From: Octopus bimaculoides
Taxonomy: Eukaryota
NCBI RefSeq assembly: GCF_001194135.2
Contig: NC_068986.1
Span: forward strand, 110,974,135 to 111,038,134
DNA: 64,000 nucleotides
Direction: 5' to 3'
Below the pieces are notes generated by a model. That model had not been told where the DNA came from, ran no database searches, and was given only the letters and a program-made list of their open reading frames with translations. This document shows positions 36,512 through 48,713 of the stretch, piece by piece. A program made the translations under genes and the position numbers. Each line of letters opens with the position of its first letter. Position 1 is the first letter of the stretch.

Positions 36512-37899
36512 TTTTACAGGTTTCTAGTGGTGGGTGAAAACATTTCTTGCAATGGTACCTGTAACAAAATCACGTGGCATTAAAGAATAGCCAAATAAAA
36601 ATACTTTGACTTCAGAACTCTCTGCATTCTATAAGACTGTGGGCTACAATGTGTTTGCAGCGCCAGTACTCATACCAACAGTTAGGTTGCTTGATGAGAT
36701 CAGAGCTATTGATATGAAAATCCGAAAATTACTAACAAGCACATATAATTTCCACATAAACAGTGACGTAGACCGCCCCTACCTAAAACGAAAACAAGGC
36801 GACAGGGGCACAACTTTCATCCAAAATGACTTTGAATGTTGTATCATACTTCAGGCGGCAACCTTTAACCACCAAGTGTCAAAGTGTATCCCAGACCAAG
36901 TTTGCATACACGAAGTTGATAACATCGTAAGATTTGGAAGGCAGTTCCTTGAGCAAACTTCCTTGTGTGATAAGCTAGAATACATGTCCAAAGACGTCGC
37001 ACGACTCCACCGCAACGTATCCTTCGATGAAATGATGAGCCTATATGAAGGTTATAAGCAAGCATATGTTGGTAGAAAGATCTGAGATGATAGTAACATA
37101 GATCAAAACAATTCATCGTGGACCAATAGCCGTAAAACTACCCTCCACTTTGAAGGGTATGCGCTTGCAATTTAGGAACAAGAAATACCAACGAAATACT
37201 TGATGCACAAAAGGGAAAGAGATGTAGGAAAAGGAGTAAAATATGGCAATCGGTGCAGACTTTGTGCAGTTAACACCAAAGATATCACCCACATCATAAT
37301 CAATTGTCTGAAAATGTCATCACTGTATTATATACGTATGAGACATTATAGCACGCTCTATAATGACATCTGTCGGAAGGATAACCCTGACGACAAGTAA
37401 TTTAGAACCCACAGCATGGTTGAAGCCATAGATACTCATAATAAAAAGGAGTACTGGTGGTTGTCGTTGTGAACTCCTCAATAATATCTAAGCACAACAG
37501 ACCTGATGCAACGATTTGGGAAAGAGATCAGAAACTATGCAGAGTTGTGTAAAATAGCTGCCCAGCGGATGTTAACGTAAAGCTGAAGATCAGCGAAAAA
37601 GAGAACACTTGTGCTAAACTATTGAGGGATCTGCAGTTACTCTATCCATATTTCATGTTTATACCTGTAATTATTGGGGCTTTGGGATATGTAACACTGC
37701 CTAAATACCAATCTTGAGAAATTAGACTACTCAAAATCAGAAAGGAGAAAGCTAATTCGAAGACTACAGATCCAATCCATCACTGGAACTGTAAAAATCT
37801 GTAAAACTTACCTGGAATTTGTCATTTAAATATATATGAGCATATCTAGATATGTAACTATATACATGAGAATTCATGCGTAAAACATGCAAATCTTCA
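36512..37899 (+). mobile_element. R4/Dong-like non-LTR retrotransposon, 5'-truncated, flanked by (TACA)n on both sides
   Basis: APVLIPTV..IRAIDMKIRKLLTSTYNFHINSDVDRPYLKRKQGDRG; CRLCAVNTKDITHIIINC..MRH; NRPD..SCPADVNVKLKISEKEN..LLRDLQLLYPYFMFIPVIIGALG..QSITGTVKICKTYL. TACA arrays lie at ~36488-36512 and ~37900-37951. Confidence 0.85.
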
Positions 37900-40477
37900 C
37901 ATACATATATACATACATACATAAATACATACATACATACATACATACATACCTTGCTGTTGATGTTGAAATTCCAAAGAAGGAACCTTGGATCTAGGTT
38001 AGAAACCGGTTCTTTCTCTATTGGCGAGAAATCTTGAAATAATCTGAATGACATACACACACACACGCACACACACATACACACAAACACGTACGTACAC
38101 GTACACACACACGTACACATACACATACGTACACCTATGCACATACACACATACACACACACAGCAATATATATTCTAATTGCCTCTGAAGCAACCAAAT
38201 TTAGACGGTAGTTACATGTTGTTGATAACAGCACGATGTAAACAACTAACATCGCATTCACATTATAGAACTCATTGCTCTTTGTTTAAGTTCTATTCCG
38301 TAGCTGCTAGTTGCAGGCATTTTGGGCTGATAACACTTCATCAGACGATTTCTCATATATCCTTTACGATGAATTAGTAAACTGGAGCATCAAATTCGGA
38401 CACACATAAATATCTACACGGCTGGAGATATATTAAATAACTATATCTACGCGCCACGACTCCGTTGAAATTCACGGTTGGTGTTGGATTTCTTAATGAA
38501 ACAGAACTCCGCAAAGCAAAGATATTTAGAATCTACGCTTGACGAAAACTTCTATGTTTCTTTGGAATGTTATTCTCTGCTAAATAATTAAAGTAGGTGT
38601 TATTGCAGTGTAAAACTATTCATACACCCCAATATATTTCGGTAACGGGCTATGGCGGCGTACTGGTAGAGTTGTACCATCGTTAACAGAAATGCGTCGC
38701 ACAATTTGCTCCCCTTTATTAGAGTTCAAATAAAGCAGAGATCTGCTTCGCCATTCATACTTTTTTGAGGTCAATAAAATAAACACTACTCCAGATCAAT
38801 GGCGTGGTGGGTTCGTTAAAATGTCTGAGAAAGATTCCTTACTCTATCTGCAGCAAATCTTTGCGTTCTGATCACAGCACTTTCGACGATACAAATGTCA
38901 TTTGCCTAACTCGGTGGCCTTCCCCTTTCATAAACACCAGTAACGTGGGAGATTTGCTTGCTTGGGAAACTGCCAGTCTTCCTCAAAAAATCTTACAGAA
39001 GCCTACATATACATGAATAGGTACAGGGTTAACTGGTATTTGTTTGTTTGCCAATGCCTTGTCTCTGGATGCTTTCTAGTTATTAAATATATGAATATCT
39101 GATCTGACTAACATCGTTTAAAGTAGCATAGTTTCTTTGCTGCCTTCGATCTGTGTGTTGTGATGCCTAGATGACAGATATTGTCTCTGAGTATAAACAG
39201 ACCTTAGTATTCTGTCACGGTTACTAAACCTCCACAGACATCTTTCTAATCGCTTTTCCTTCAGCTCAACATAACATGGCAAACTGACATAACACAAACC
39301 CGTGCATTTGTCTTTGTTTTCTTTCCACTTCTTTTTTTTTCTGTTCATCTCCTACCATCCGCCTTTGTCTATACAGTTGTGTCTTTGGACAATATAGAGA
39401 AATGCGCCGTCTCCCCCCCCCCTTGCTTTTCTTTCGAAATAGAACAAGAAAAATCGATGAGTGCCTGACAGAAGAAGACCTCTGCCCTTAATCACTCCAG
39501 CCTCTTACGGCCTCGTCACCAAATAAGAAAACTTGGCGAATAGCGTCCTAAGTGTGCCACCAATTTTGAACAGATGAAATTATATTAAAAGACTTCATAG
39601 ATTTTAGCCGGGAGAGTCAGATAAGGCTGAACCAGTGGCATACTGTCACAAGTAACAGAATGTACCTCACAACATCAGTTGACATAGTGTCATCAACGTA
39701 TGACTATTATTTAATATATATCTCATTGTAGCTATCGATGATTAACTGGCTAAGGCTATCTAAAGTTAGTTAACTGAAATATTTCAGAGAACGCAAAATT
39801 CGCTATAATACTCCCAGTTGCTTGGGTTGTATGCATTGTTAGGACAAGTGTTCGATAAATGGAAAGCTGATGCCATCGAAATGCGAACAGAATGAAAAGG
39901 AAAGTGGATTAAATATATTCAAGCACGTTTCAAAGTGTTTTTTTTTTTTATAACTTAGACATCCACTATTTTCATATTAAGTCTTGACTGGCAGCAGTTA
40001 CACAGAATAGTCAGTACGGCGGGATAAAAACCATTTGCAAGCTTCAAATCCTGTTACATTCATCATAAGGTTTTGGTAGGATCGATAAAATGACATTATT
40101 CGAGTACTGGTATAGATATATTTGTTTAGAATGGTGTATGTCTGGCTTATTCATGTATATCTCTGACTTAGAAACACGGATTGAGTTTAGTTAGTACTGT
40201 CTGGAGTTTAAATGTTGGTGAGCATATAAACCCAACAGTAACGGAATTAAGATGAGAAAAGAAACGTTCATAGTTAATATTACTTTTTACGTGTTTTACA
40301 TCCGAGACAACCCGACACACCAAGAAAAGATCTTCAAACAGAAAAAAATGCTATCAGCATGAAATCAAATAACAGCCCGTGGATTAAAGCGGATGGGAAA
40401 CATTATGCCTTAGTCATAGATTCACTACATTTAGTCACAAACATAACGTGAAATTGCCGTAATGGCATCAAATACTT

Positions 40478-40708
40478 ATTTCTTTACTGCCCACAAGGGG
40501 CTACACACAGAGGGGACAAACAAGGACAGACAAACGGATTAAGTCGATTATATCGACCCAGTGCGTAACTGGTACTTAATTTATCAACCCCGAAAAGATG
40601 AAAGGCAAAGTCGACCTCGGCGGAATTTGAACTCAGAACGGAGCGGCAGACGAAATACCGTTTAGCATTTCGCCCGGCGTGCTAACGTTTCTGCCAGCTC
40701 GCCGCCTT
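40478..40708 (-). mobile_element. SINE family A (tail type 1), young full-length copy with a perfect 16-bp TSD
   Basis: TSD ATGGCATCAAATACTT at 40462-40477 and 40709-40724. Head AAGGCGGCGAGCTGGCAGAAACG (A-box-like), B box GAGTTCAAATTCC, central GTCGACTTTGCCTTTCATCTTTTCGGGGTTGATAAATTAAGTACCAG (resembles the Deu/Nin SINE domain, from recall). Confidence 0.92.
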
Positions 40709-42489
40709 ATGGCATCAAATACTTTCTACCCAATCAATACCGATATGAAATCACTAGGTGTTGCAATGTCATAATATATTGAATCCAACACGCCAACCAC
40801 AAGTACACAATGTCTTCATGTTCTACATATGAGATGTGTAAAACACAGCTAAAATGTATATTTGCATCCGTTATAACTGCACATAAGACCTTAACTTATT
40901 TCATTTAATTCATGTAATTGATACGTTTGACTTGTTTCCGGTATGCATGAATTAACACTTCATTTGGATTTTATTCAGCAAAATTACACTTCCAAGCAAT
41001 ACTGCAAGTTATGCAGCCTATTCTACTCAGACACTGTTTAACCTTATGAAACTAGGAGTGTGCGTATTCTAAAGAATACTTTAAAAGTATTTAATAAGGA
41101 AACCCAACATTAAATGCATATCATGGAGATATAACAACAAAGAACAGAAAAACACAGTAGATTACATATAAGACAAAGGCATTTTATAATCTCGAGACAA
41201 ACAACATTGCACAGACGTCAGGAAATCTGTTGCACCTTGTGGTACAGGGAAAAGCATGCATGAATCTACAGGAAATAGATATAACAGATGATGATGATGA
41301 TATTAATGATAAGTATTGTCTGAAAAGGAGACGAATAAGAAAAGAATTCAAAAGAAACAAGAATAAATTAATTGCATAAAAATAATTCGAGAAATGAAAT
41401 CTATTCTTTGTATTTTGATTTTTGTTTGTCATGGTACCAAATTCTACTGTCAACATTTGCAATGGAAAAATCAAAAATACCAAAGAAAAAGAGGGAGAAA
41501 CTGCAAGCTGGTGCTGCTGCAACATGAAATAACAACTGCAGATATGAGACATTTTGAAAGAGAGGGGAAAATACAAATGAAAATTGCAAAACAATAGAAC
41601 ATGAAGGAAAACTAAATTCACTTTCGTGATGTCAAAATCAATGGTATATCGTCTGGCTTTTGGGTTTAGTTATGAGAATTAGAAAAATATATATTATGAT
41701 CAATTTACTGAAATACAATAGTTCTTTTGTGAAGGAGGTAGGAATGTATTAAACGGATATGCATAGAACGGAGTAGGTGGAATTTAAAATGTGTTATTGA
41801 AACAGAACTGGTTTCTATATTGATCTTTAACTGTTTAGTAGGAATGTGTCGTGCTGCTTTACCCAGCCTTGCTTATTTTGGTAACAGAGTGGTTATTGTG
41901 CTGATAATAAAGCTGTTTTATTTTGTAGGTAGCTACAGCTGCTGTTTTGGGTAACGTTTAGATTAGCTCTGACTGACAAACCTTATTATGAAAGTCGTTA
42001 CAGCCGTGAATATCCCTTTATTTTGAATATCCTGAATATGTTTTCCTATATTTAAGATTTTTAAAACGAGACTGTTCGGAGTAAGGACATTTTCGGTCCT
42101 TTTTCTATAATATTGACTGAGGTATAAGCTTCTTCGTTACTTCAAATAACTATTAGCCATGTCAAAGTTTTTGAATAAATCGCAGCATAATTAGTCGTTA
42201 CTGCTGTGATCCAGCGATAGCGGTAAATGCGGTGAAATAGATTTTATAAGGAGAGAGATGGCGATCAAGATTGCAAGGCATAAAATTCATTTAAGAGACA
42301 AAATACCCGAACAAGGCAAAAAATACCCTTGGGGAACTAGAATAGCTAAAACAATGTAACTATACATTTCGGTGCCATGGGAAATATTTCTATATTGTGA
42401 TAGGTAAGAATCTCCGTTAATCCATCCTGCACATTATAAGCTTAAGGAGGTCTCACACAAATACATCCCCCACAGAGTAAGAAACACAT

Positions 42490-43771
42490 ATTCAGGTCTA
42501 CTCTTTCTCTCTCCTTTTCTCGAGTACACACACTACACACACAATATTACTGTTTACTTTCCGTTTCTTCACACTTTGGCATACATAACGATATGGAAGG
42601 TTGGGTTTATTAGTTTTGCCTTTGCTTGCCTCAAGTAGAAAAGGTATATCTACTCTTAGTTGGATTATTTGCCGGTTTATTCTTTCCATCCATGCAGGTT
42701 GTTTATGTCTATCTCTAATTTTTTTTTGTCTATCTCTAATTTCAATACCGCATTTCTGAGTTGCAACATAATCAGCTGAATAAATGAGTTGATTCATCAC
42801 ATTGAGGAGATTTTCTCTACTATTCTCAAGGAGTCGTCGAATCAGCTTTCCAAGTTCTTCATCAACGTCTTTGATTAATTTTCTGTTCTTATTAGTATTA
42901 ATAATTTTGGGAAGTGGGGCTCTTTCGCGGAAAGGTTGATGTAGTTGTACTAGATATTGTTCTAGTATTCCATCTAACAGTTCCTTGCTGACGTTATCAT
43001 TTATTGCGTTTTTAGTTTCAACTGAAGGATTCTGTGTGCCTAGTTTGCTGGTTTGTGTTAGTGATTTGAGAGCTTTTTGTCTGTGGGTATAAATGCCTGT
43101 GTGTTATACTCAGCTGACATTTAACTGATCTGACTATTTTGTCAATTTCGCTGTCAGTCTTTTCTTTTTTAGGATTTCACGTCTCACAGCTCCTAGTTTA
43201 TTACTGTCCATGTACAGCCTGCTATGCGGGTTTTTGCATCTCCAGATATTGTAGGTCTCTTTTTGTGGTTGATGTTTCTGGGTTTAGTGTTGGAGAATAA
43301 TAAGCATGCATAAGTTTGACATATTCCTTCTTAGTCCCTTTCTGTCTAATATTTCTATTTCTTTGTGATAGGTTTGGTAGTTGATCCTGAGCGTCAGTGT
43401 CGGGAATATCCCTGGGTTTGTTTGCTAGGAGTACTTTAGGAGGTTGGTCCTAATTTAAAGACTTTTCGTGCTTGGTGCCAGAACCTATGGTCACTAATGA
43501 ACGCGTTCTTCGAACGACACGGGTTCTAGGGGCTATTTCCATGGTTAGTATCCAGGGACGTGCTATAAGCGCACACGGTTAAACAGATGTCTGGTTCCTT
43601 GGGTAAAGTTTAGAGGTACCGGGTATCATCATTTTTTCGGAGGGAGGGGTTGTATTGAGCAGAATATTTGCTGTAGGTAAATTTTTTTACCAAGACAAAT
43701 CAAATTACATCATACCTCCATCAGTTAAGATGAGAAGACATGAGAGCCACTGACTGCTACTGCATCAGGGC
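42490..43771 (-). mobile_element. 5' end of an R4/Dong-like LINE: 5' UTR and N-terminal ORF remnant
   Basis: RNIRQKGTKKEYVKLMHAYYSPTLNPETSTT..TYNIWRCKNPHSRLYMDSNKLGAVRREILKKKRLT..KQPAWMERINRQIIQLRVDI. Homologous to 49700-50450. It begins directly after a TAA-rich tract. Confidence 0.75.
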
Positions 43772-43826
43772 TATTATTATTACTATTATTATTAGTGTTT
43801 TTGTTATCATCATCCTTATTATTATT

Positions 43827-44200
43827 GCATGTTTCTTAGAATCACTTGCCGGGACACACGCATTGTCCTCGGCCGAGTGAAGGGTAAGTGATGTTACAGT
43901 ATCACTGAAGGCTTGGGAAGGGGAAGTGGTAGTGGCTGTAGCGAAACATCATGTAATACAACATAGACATTTAAATTGATAGGCTTTTTCTAAGGATGTG
44001 GACATTACTTGTCAGCACAATCTTTTGGATTTCTCTGAGACATGAGTCTCCTGGGATACTATCAACATGTTTCTGATACCACTTTATTGTAAGGGTACCT
44101 ACAGTAAGAGGAACAGTTCCTGCTTTAAAATGTCACAATATTTTGTATTTCAATTTCCGGGTCTTTATATTTACTTAATTTGTCAATCCTTCATTTACAA
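43827..44200 (-). mobile_element. Dong-like RLE C-terminus and 3' UTR ending in TAA repeats
   Basis: DKLSKYKDPEIEIQ..GTVPLTVGTL..QKHVDSIPGDSCLREIQKIVLTSNVHILRKSLSI*. Confidence 0.7.
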
Positions 44201-44930
44201 ATATATATTTTTATCAGTCTTAGTCTATAAGTATTTTCCACTTTGTTTTTATTATTATTGCTAATGTTGTTTTTGTTGCTATTGTTTACGTTGGGTCTTT
44301 GTAGATGTGCCACTTATCACTGTGTCTAATTTGGATCTAGTTACTAACCAAAGCTAAAAAAGAAGTCGTTTGCTTTTAGAAGTTTTCTTCAGAAAACTCA
44401 TGCTAATATCGTTGATATTTCTTCCATTGCGGCTGAGGTAGATGGCTTCCTATTTTCGAAGTTTTCATTGTAAATTTATTTCTGTTTACATTCAAACCAA
44501 ATTGACTGCGAGGCAAATTGTTAACGCCCCCAGGTAACACTTTTAAATGCAGTATGACAGAAAACAAAGGAAAACAAATTCAATTATTCAACAGATTGTA
44601 AACATTTCACAAAGTGAACAAATTAAGGAATTTTGTTAGAGTGTGGTAATAGAACAAAGCTTCACACGAACAACGAAAGACAGAACAGAATAGAAAAGAC
44701 AAAAAGAAACATCAAGATGAACATCAACTACACCACCAAAACTGCCACAAAGCAAAATACGAGGCACATGTTGCACAAAAAAAAAATATATATATATATA
44801 CCTAAAAATTTTAATGCTGAGAGCAAAATAGTGGAAATGAAACCTCGGTATTTCCTAGCTAGCACTGTTCTCATGTGAGGAATTCTCTCTCTCTCCCACT
44901 CACTTACTCACTCTCTTATATATACCTATT

Positions 44931-45311
44931 TGTTGGCACTCCGTAGCTTACGACGTCGAGGATTCCAGTTGATCCGATCAACGGAACAGCCTGCTCGTGA
45001 AATTAACGTGCAAGTGGCTGAGCACTCCACAGATACGTGTACCCATAACGTAGTTCTCGGGGATATTCAGCGTGACACAGTGTGACAAGGCTGACCCTTT
45101 GAATTACAGGCACAACAGAAACAGGAAGTAAGAGTGAGAAAAAGTTGTGATGAAAGAGTACAGCAGGGTACGCCACCAGCCCCTGCCAGAGTCTCGTGGA
45201 GCTTTTAGGTGCTTTCGCTCAATAAACACTCACAACGCCCGGTCTTGGAATCGAAACCGCGATCCTATGACCGCGAGTCTGCTGCCCTAACCACTGGGCC
45301 ATTGCGCCTCC
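44931..45311 (-). mobile_element. tRNA-derived SINE family C, full length
   Basis: Head GGAGGCGCAATGGCCCAGTGGTTAGGGCAGCAGACTCGCGGTCATAGGATCGCGGTTTCGATTCCAAGACCGGGCG (A box TGGCCCAGTGG, B box GGTTTCGATTCC). Possible low-complexity TSD TATATATAC at 44917-25 and 45314-22. Confidence 0.85.
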
Positions 45312-45564
45312 ACTATATATACATGATACACACGTGAAAGAATCACTGCATAGTGCTGATGAATGCCATTGAAATGTGTTTGTTGCTGGAATATGAAAAC
45401 GAGTGCAAAACAAGAGCAAAGCGAGACTTGATGCATTTACAAAATTACACAAATGTGTCTTGTGCCTCAGAAAATCAACGAATCAATGTAGGTCAATGAG
45501 ACACACACAGCCATTTCTTTGACTTCTGACTGATAATATATTTATCTATACTGGTGAACGAAAG

Positions 45565-45848
45565 AAAATGGGTTAGGACATTTGGATCACAATCATTATT
45601 TCGATTACCGGTGACGCATTTTGTCGTTGAGAAGAAAGTTTATCTGATGTTCCTCACGGCTATTCAACTAGCAAAGAGTTGTATCTCATCTTCAAAGGAC
45701 CAACTTTATTACATTCTGTCACGCTGAAATATACTGAGAACTATGTTAATGATACTCGTGTGTGTGTATTACTCTAATTTCACGAGCAGGCAGTTCGGTT
45801 GCTTGTATCAAGTGGGACATTCAGCGGGGCAACAGACGGACTGCTAGA
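45565..45848 (+). mobile_element. Older, degenerate SINE family C copy in opposite orientation
   Basis: TGTCACGCTGAAAT..GAGAACTATGTTAA..TAATTTCACGAGCAGGCAGTTCGGTTG..ATCAAGTGG is a divergent reverse complement of 44960-45078. Confidence 0.65.
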
Positions 45849-46851
45849 TTTCCTCTATTTAAAAACTAAGGATGGTCACCATGGAAAAATTTGGGAAGGA
45901 CGTGAATGCCCCGCTTGTATTTATTATTGTGATAAATATGGAAGCTGGTGAATAGTAACTAGCCGTTAATGAAATGTCCTGTGAGGCTTCCGTGCCTAAT
46001 ATTGTTAATAACATTCTGATGATTACTCATTTATCAGGAAAAACGAACGGTTTGTCGTTGCAGGACAGAAAAGTTAGTTGTTACTAATCTAATTGTGTGC
46101 GTTATAAAATGGCTGTCTACCGAACAGAATTAAACTAAAAGGAAATGTATGACACTGGAATAGCAAACGCTACAAAGCTTGCAAACGTTCGTATGCATGA
46201 CAAAAACATTTGAAAAGATTTCCGATCAAAACAACAAAAAGTTCTAAATCAAATCGTTGAAAAATACACCGCTGCATCTTCATCAGTTTAGTACCAGTCT
46301 GTTCTTTCAGGTAGACGAAATGAATAGTGAAATGCGTAGAGCATGGCTAGATAACAAAACAAAACAAAATAAGCATGAAGCCTAATCGGGAGATTTAAGA
46401 ATAGAGGTGTTCCATAGGGCGGATTTCAAGTATGGGGGTCACACAGAAGATTCTGACCAATCTAATGGTGAACAAAGACTGAACAACCTCAAACATAGGG
46501 TGGATGGTAAGGACTACACTGGCAAACGTACTGCGTTCGAAGGGACCTCCATATAGCGGTTGAACACATTCGTTCACTCACGCTTACACATGCACTGACA
46601 TATCACTGTGCGTGCGCAGGCTTGCGTTTGTGGTGCCTTAGTTTTAGTGTATTCCTCAATCACAAGAACCGGAGTCGATTTAATCGACGAATCCCTTCAA
46701 GGCTGAGCAAAACCACAGTGAACTTCTAGAAACAAATATAGTATATACGATGTATGATTTGTGTGGAGTAGTCACGTGCACGTCTGTGTACATATACGTA
46801 GAAAACATTCCATATGTACTTAAACACACACACGCACATATATATATATAT

Positions 46852-47064
46852 CGTTTTCTACTCTAGGGACAAGGCCCGAAATTTTGAGGAAAAGGGCCAG
46901 TCGATTAGATCGACCCTAGTACGCAAATGGTACTTAATTTTTCGACCCCGAAATGATGAAATGCAAAGTCGACCACGACGGAATTTGTACCCAGAAAGTA
47001 AAGACAGACGAAATACTGCTAAGCATTTCGCCCGGCGTGCAAACGTTTCTGCCAGCTCACCGCC

Positions 47065-47067
<3 letters not shown>
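46852..47067 (-). mobile_element. SINE family A (tail type 2), full length
   Basis: TTTTCTACTCTAGGGACAAGGCCCGAAATTTTG..GTCGATTAGATCGAC..AAGCATTTCGCCCGGCGTGCAAACGTTTCTGCCAGCTCACCGCCTTA. Confidence 0.88.
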
Positions 47068-47127
<60 letters not shown>

Positions 47128-47894
47128 GAGTGAAATATATACGTGTGTGTGTGTGATTGCATGCGTATCTATATATGCATATTTCTACATATGTGTGAGT
47201 GCGTGTCTGTATTCTTACAAGTATGTAAATATGTATGGATGCATGAGTGTATGTATGTGCGCGTGTGTATATAAGATGTCACTGAAATGTGCTTAATGTC
47301 AAAATTTAAATGTATTCTTTTTATATATATTGATAACACACTTCCTCACCCTTCCATTTTCAAAGTGATTCTACATAACCCACTAACCTCTTTTCCTAAT
47401 AACTTTTCCACGCACCAATGGACAATGAATGAAACTATACATACATACATAAGAAAAATATATATATGTATATATTTATATATATAAAACCAAAAAAGAA
47501 AAAAGAAATTCGTGAGCACGCACCTAAACGAATATTTTTTTTTCTTTTCTCTACTTTTGTTATGCACTTACAATCACTCTACCGTGTCTTCATATTTTTC
47601 TGCTTCATATCATTTCCTCGTTGATAATCATGTCATATTCACAGGTCAAAAAGTAAACCACCTGCTGAGCCATATATTGTCACTTTTTTGATATTGAAAT
47701 TGACGACGTTGTTATTACCGAAACGAGTGAAACGCAACAATCAGTTTACAATATTTGCCTTTCCTTTCATCTTCATTTCATATCAAAACACTAATTCATT
47801 CCTTTAATACTACACAGACTGGAAGTGATAGATGATAGATTACTTCCCACTTCTTCCTCCTTTGTACACAAGCACAAGTACATACATATCTATC

Positions 47895-47931
<37 letters not shown>

Positions 47932-48515
47932 CTATGCGTATGTGTTAGAACAGATCGAAAAATGATAGATAGATTGACATAGATAAACCGGTACAGTGAT
48001 TACAACGCACAAGTCTTATGAGAAAGTTTGCCAAAGAAGTGGGGAAATAATTGGAAACAACTAAGAAAATTAACATGTAAAGCGCATGTCTGCATAGAAT
48101 AGGAAATGAATATGAGGCCATAGCGAGGACTACAGACTTGTGATAAAAATATTTATTCATCACTAGTTCACAACAAAAACTCAATTCTCACTTATGACGC
48201 CATGTAGCCGGTTGTGCACGCCGGCGGTCATGCCCTGGAACCTCCACTCCACAGTGGTGCTAAACAAATTAAGGAGCAACTGTAGTTAGACTACTGTTGC
48301 GGTTGAAGGGATACCTTCGCTTAAGTGCATGAATAATGGATAGAGTCAATAAAAACAACCCATACCGCATCGCTCGTCTCACGGGTCAACAAGGAGCGCG
48401 CCCCCTTGTGGGGAGTCAGTATTGACTGTTTACTTTTGCGAAGAGTTACGTCAATTGTTTTCAAAATAATAATAATAATAATAATAATAATAATTATAGT
48501 AATCATAGTAATAAT

Positions 48516-48713
48516 CCTTTCTATTAAAGGCACACGGCCTGGAATTTTGTGGGAGGGGACTAGTCGATAACATCGACCCCAGTGTTTCATTGGTAATTAA
48601 TTTATGGACTGCGAAATGATAACTGGCAAATGCGACCTCGGCGGAATTTGAACTAAGATCGCAAAGACAACCGAAATACCGCTAAGCATCTCTATTCTAC
48701 TAGCTCGCCGTCT
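48516..48713 (-). mobile_element. SINE family A (tail type 2) with a TAA-rich tract at its 3' end
   Basis: CCTTTCTATTAAAGGCACACGGCCTGGAATTTTG..GTCGATAACATCGAC..GACCTCGGCGGAATTTGAACT..GAAATACCGCTAAGCAT. Confidence 0.8.

Noticed and set aside
41170-41379. Plus-frame peptide NLQEIDITDDDDDINDKYCLKRRRIRKEFKRNKNKLIA
   Set aside because: It is explained by a (GAT)n run and A-rich composition, with no start or splice support.
45236-45311. tRNA genes at SINE heads (also 19108-19176, 22545-22614, 40620-40708)
   Set aside because: They have A/B boxes but no convincing acceptor stem or terminator, and they continue into repeat bodies. They are tRNA-derived, not tRNA genes.
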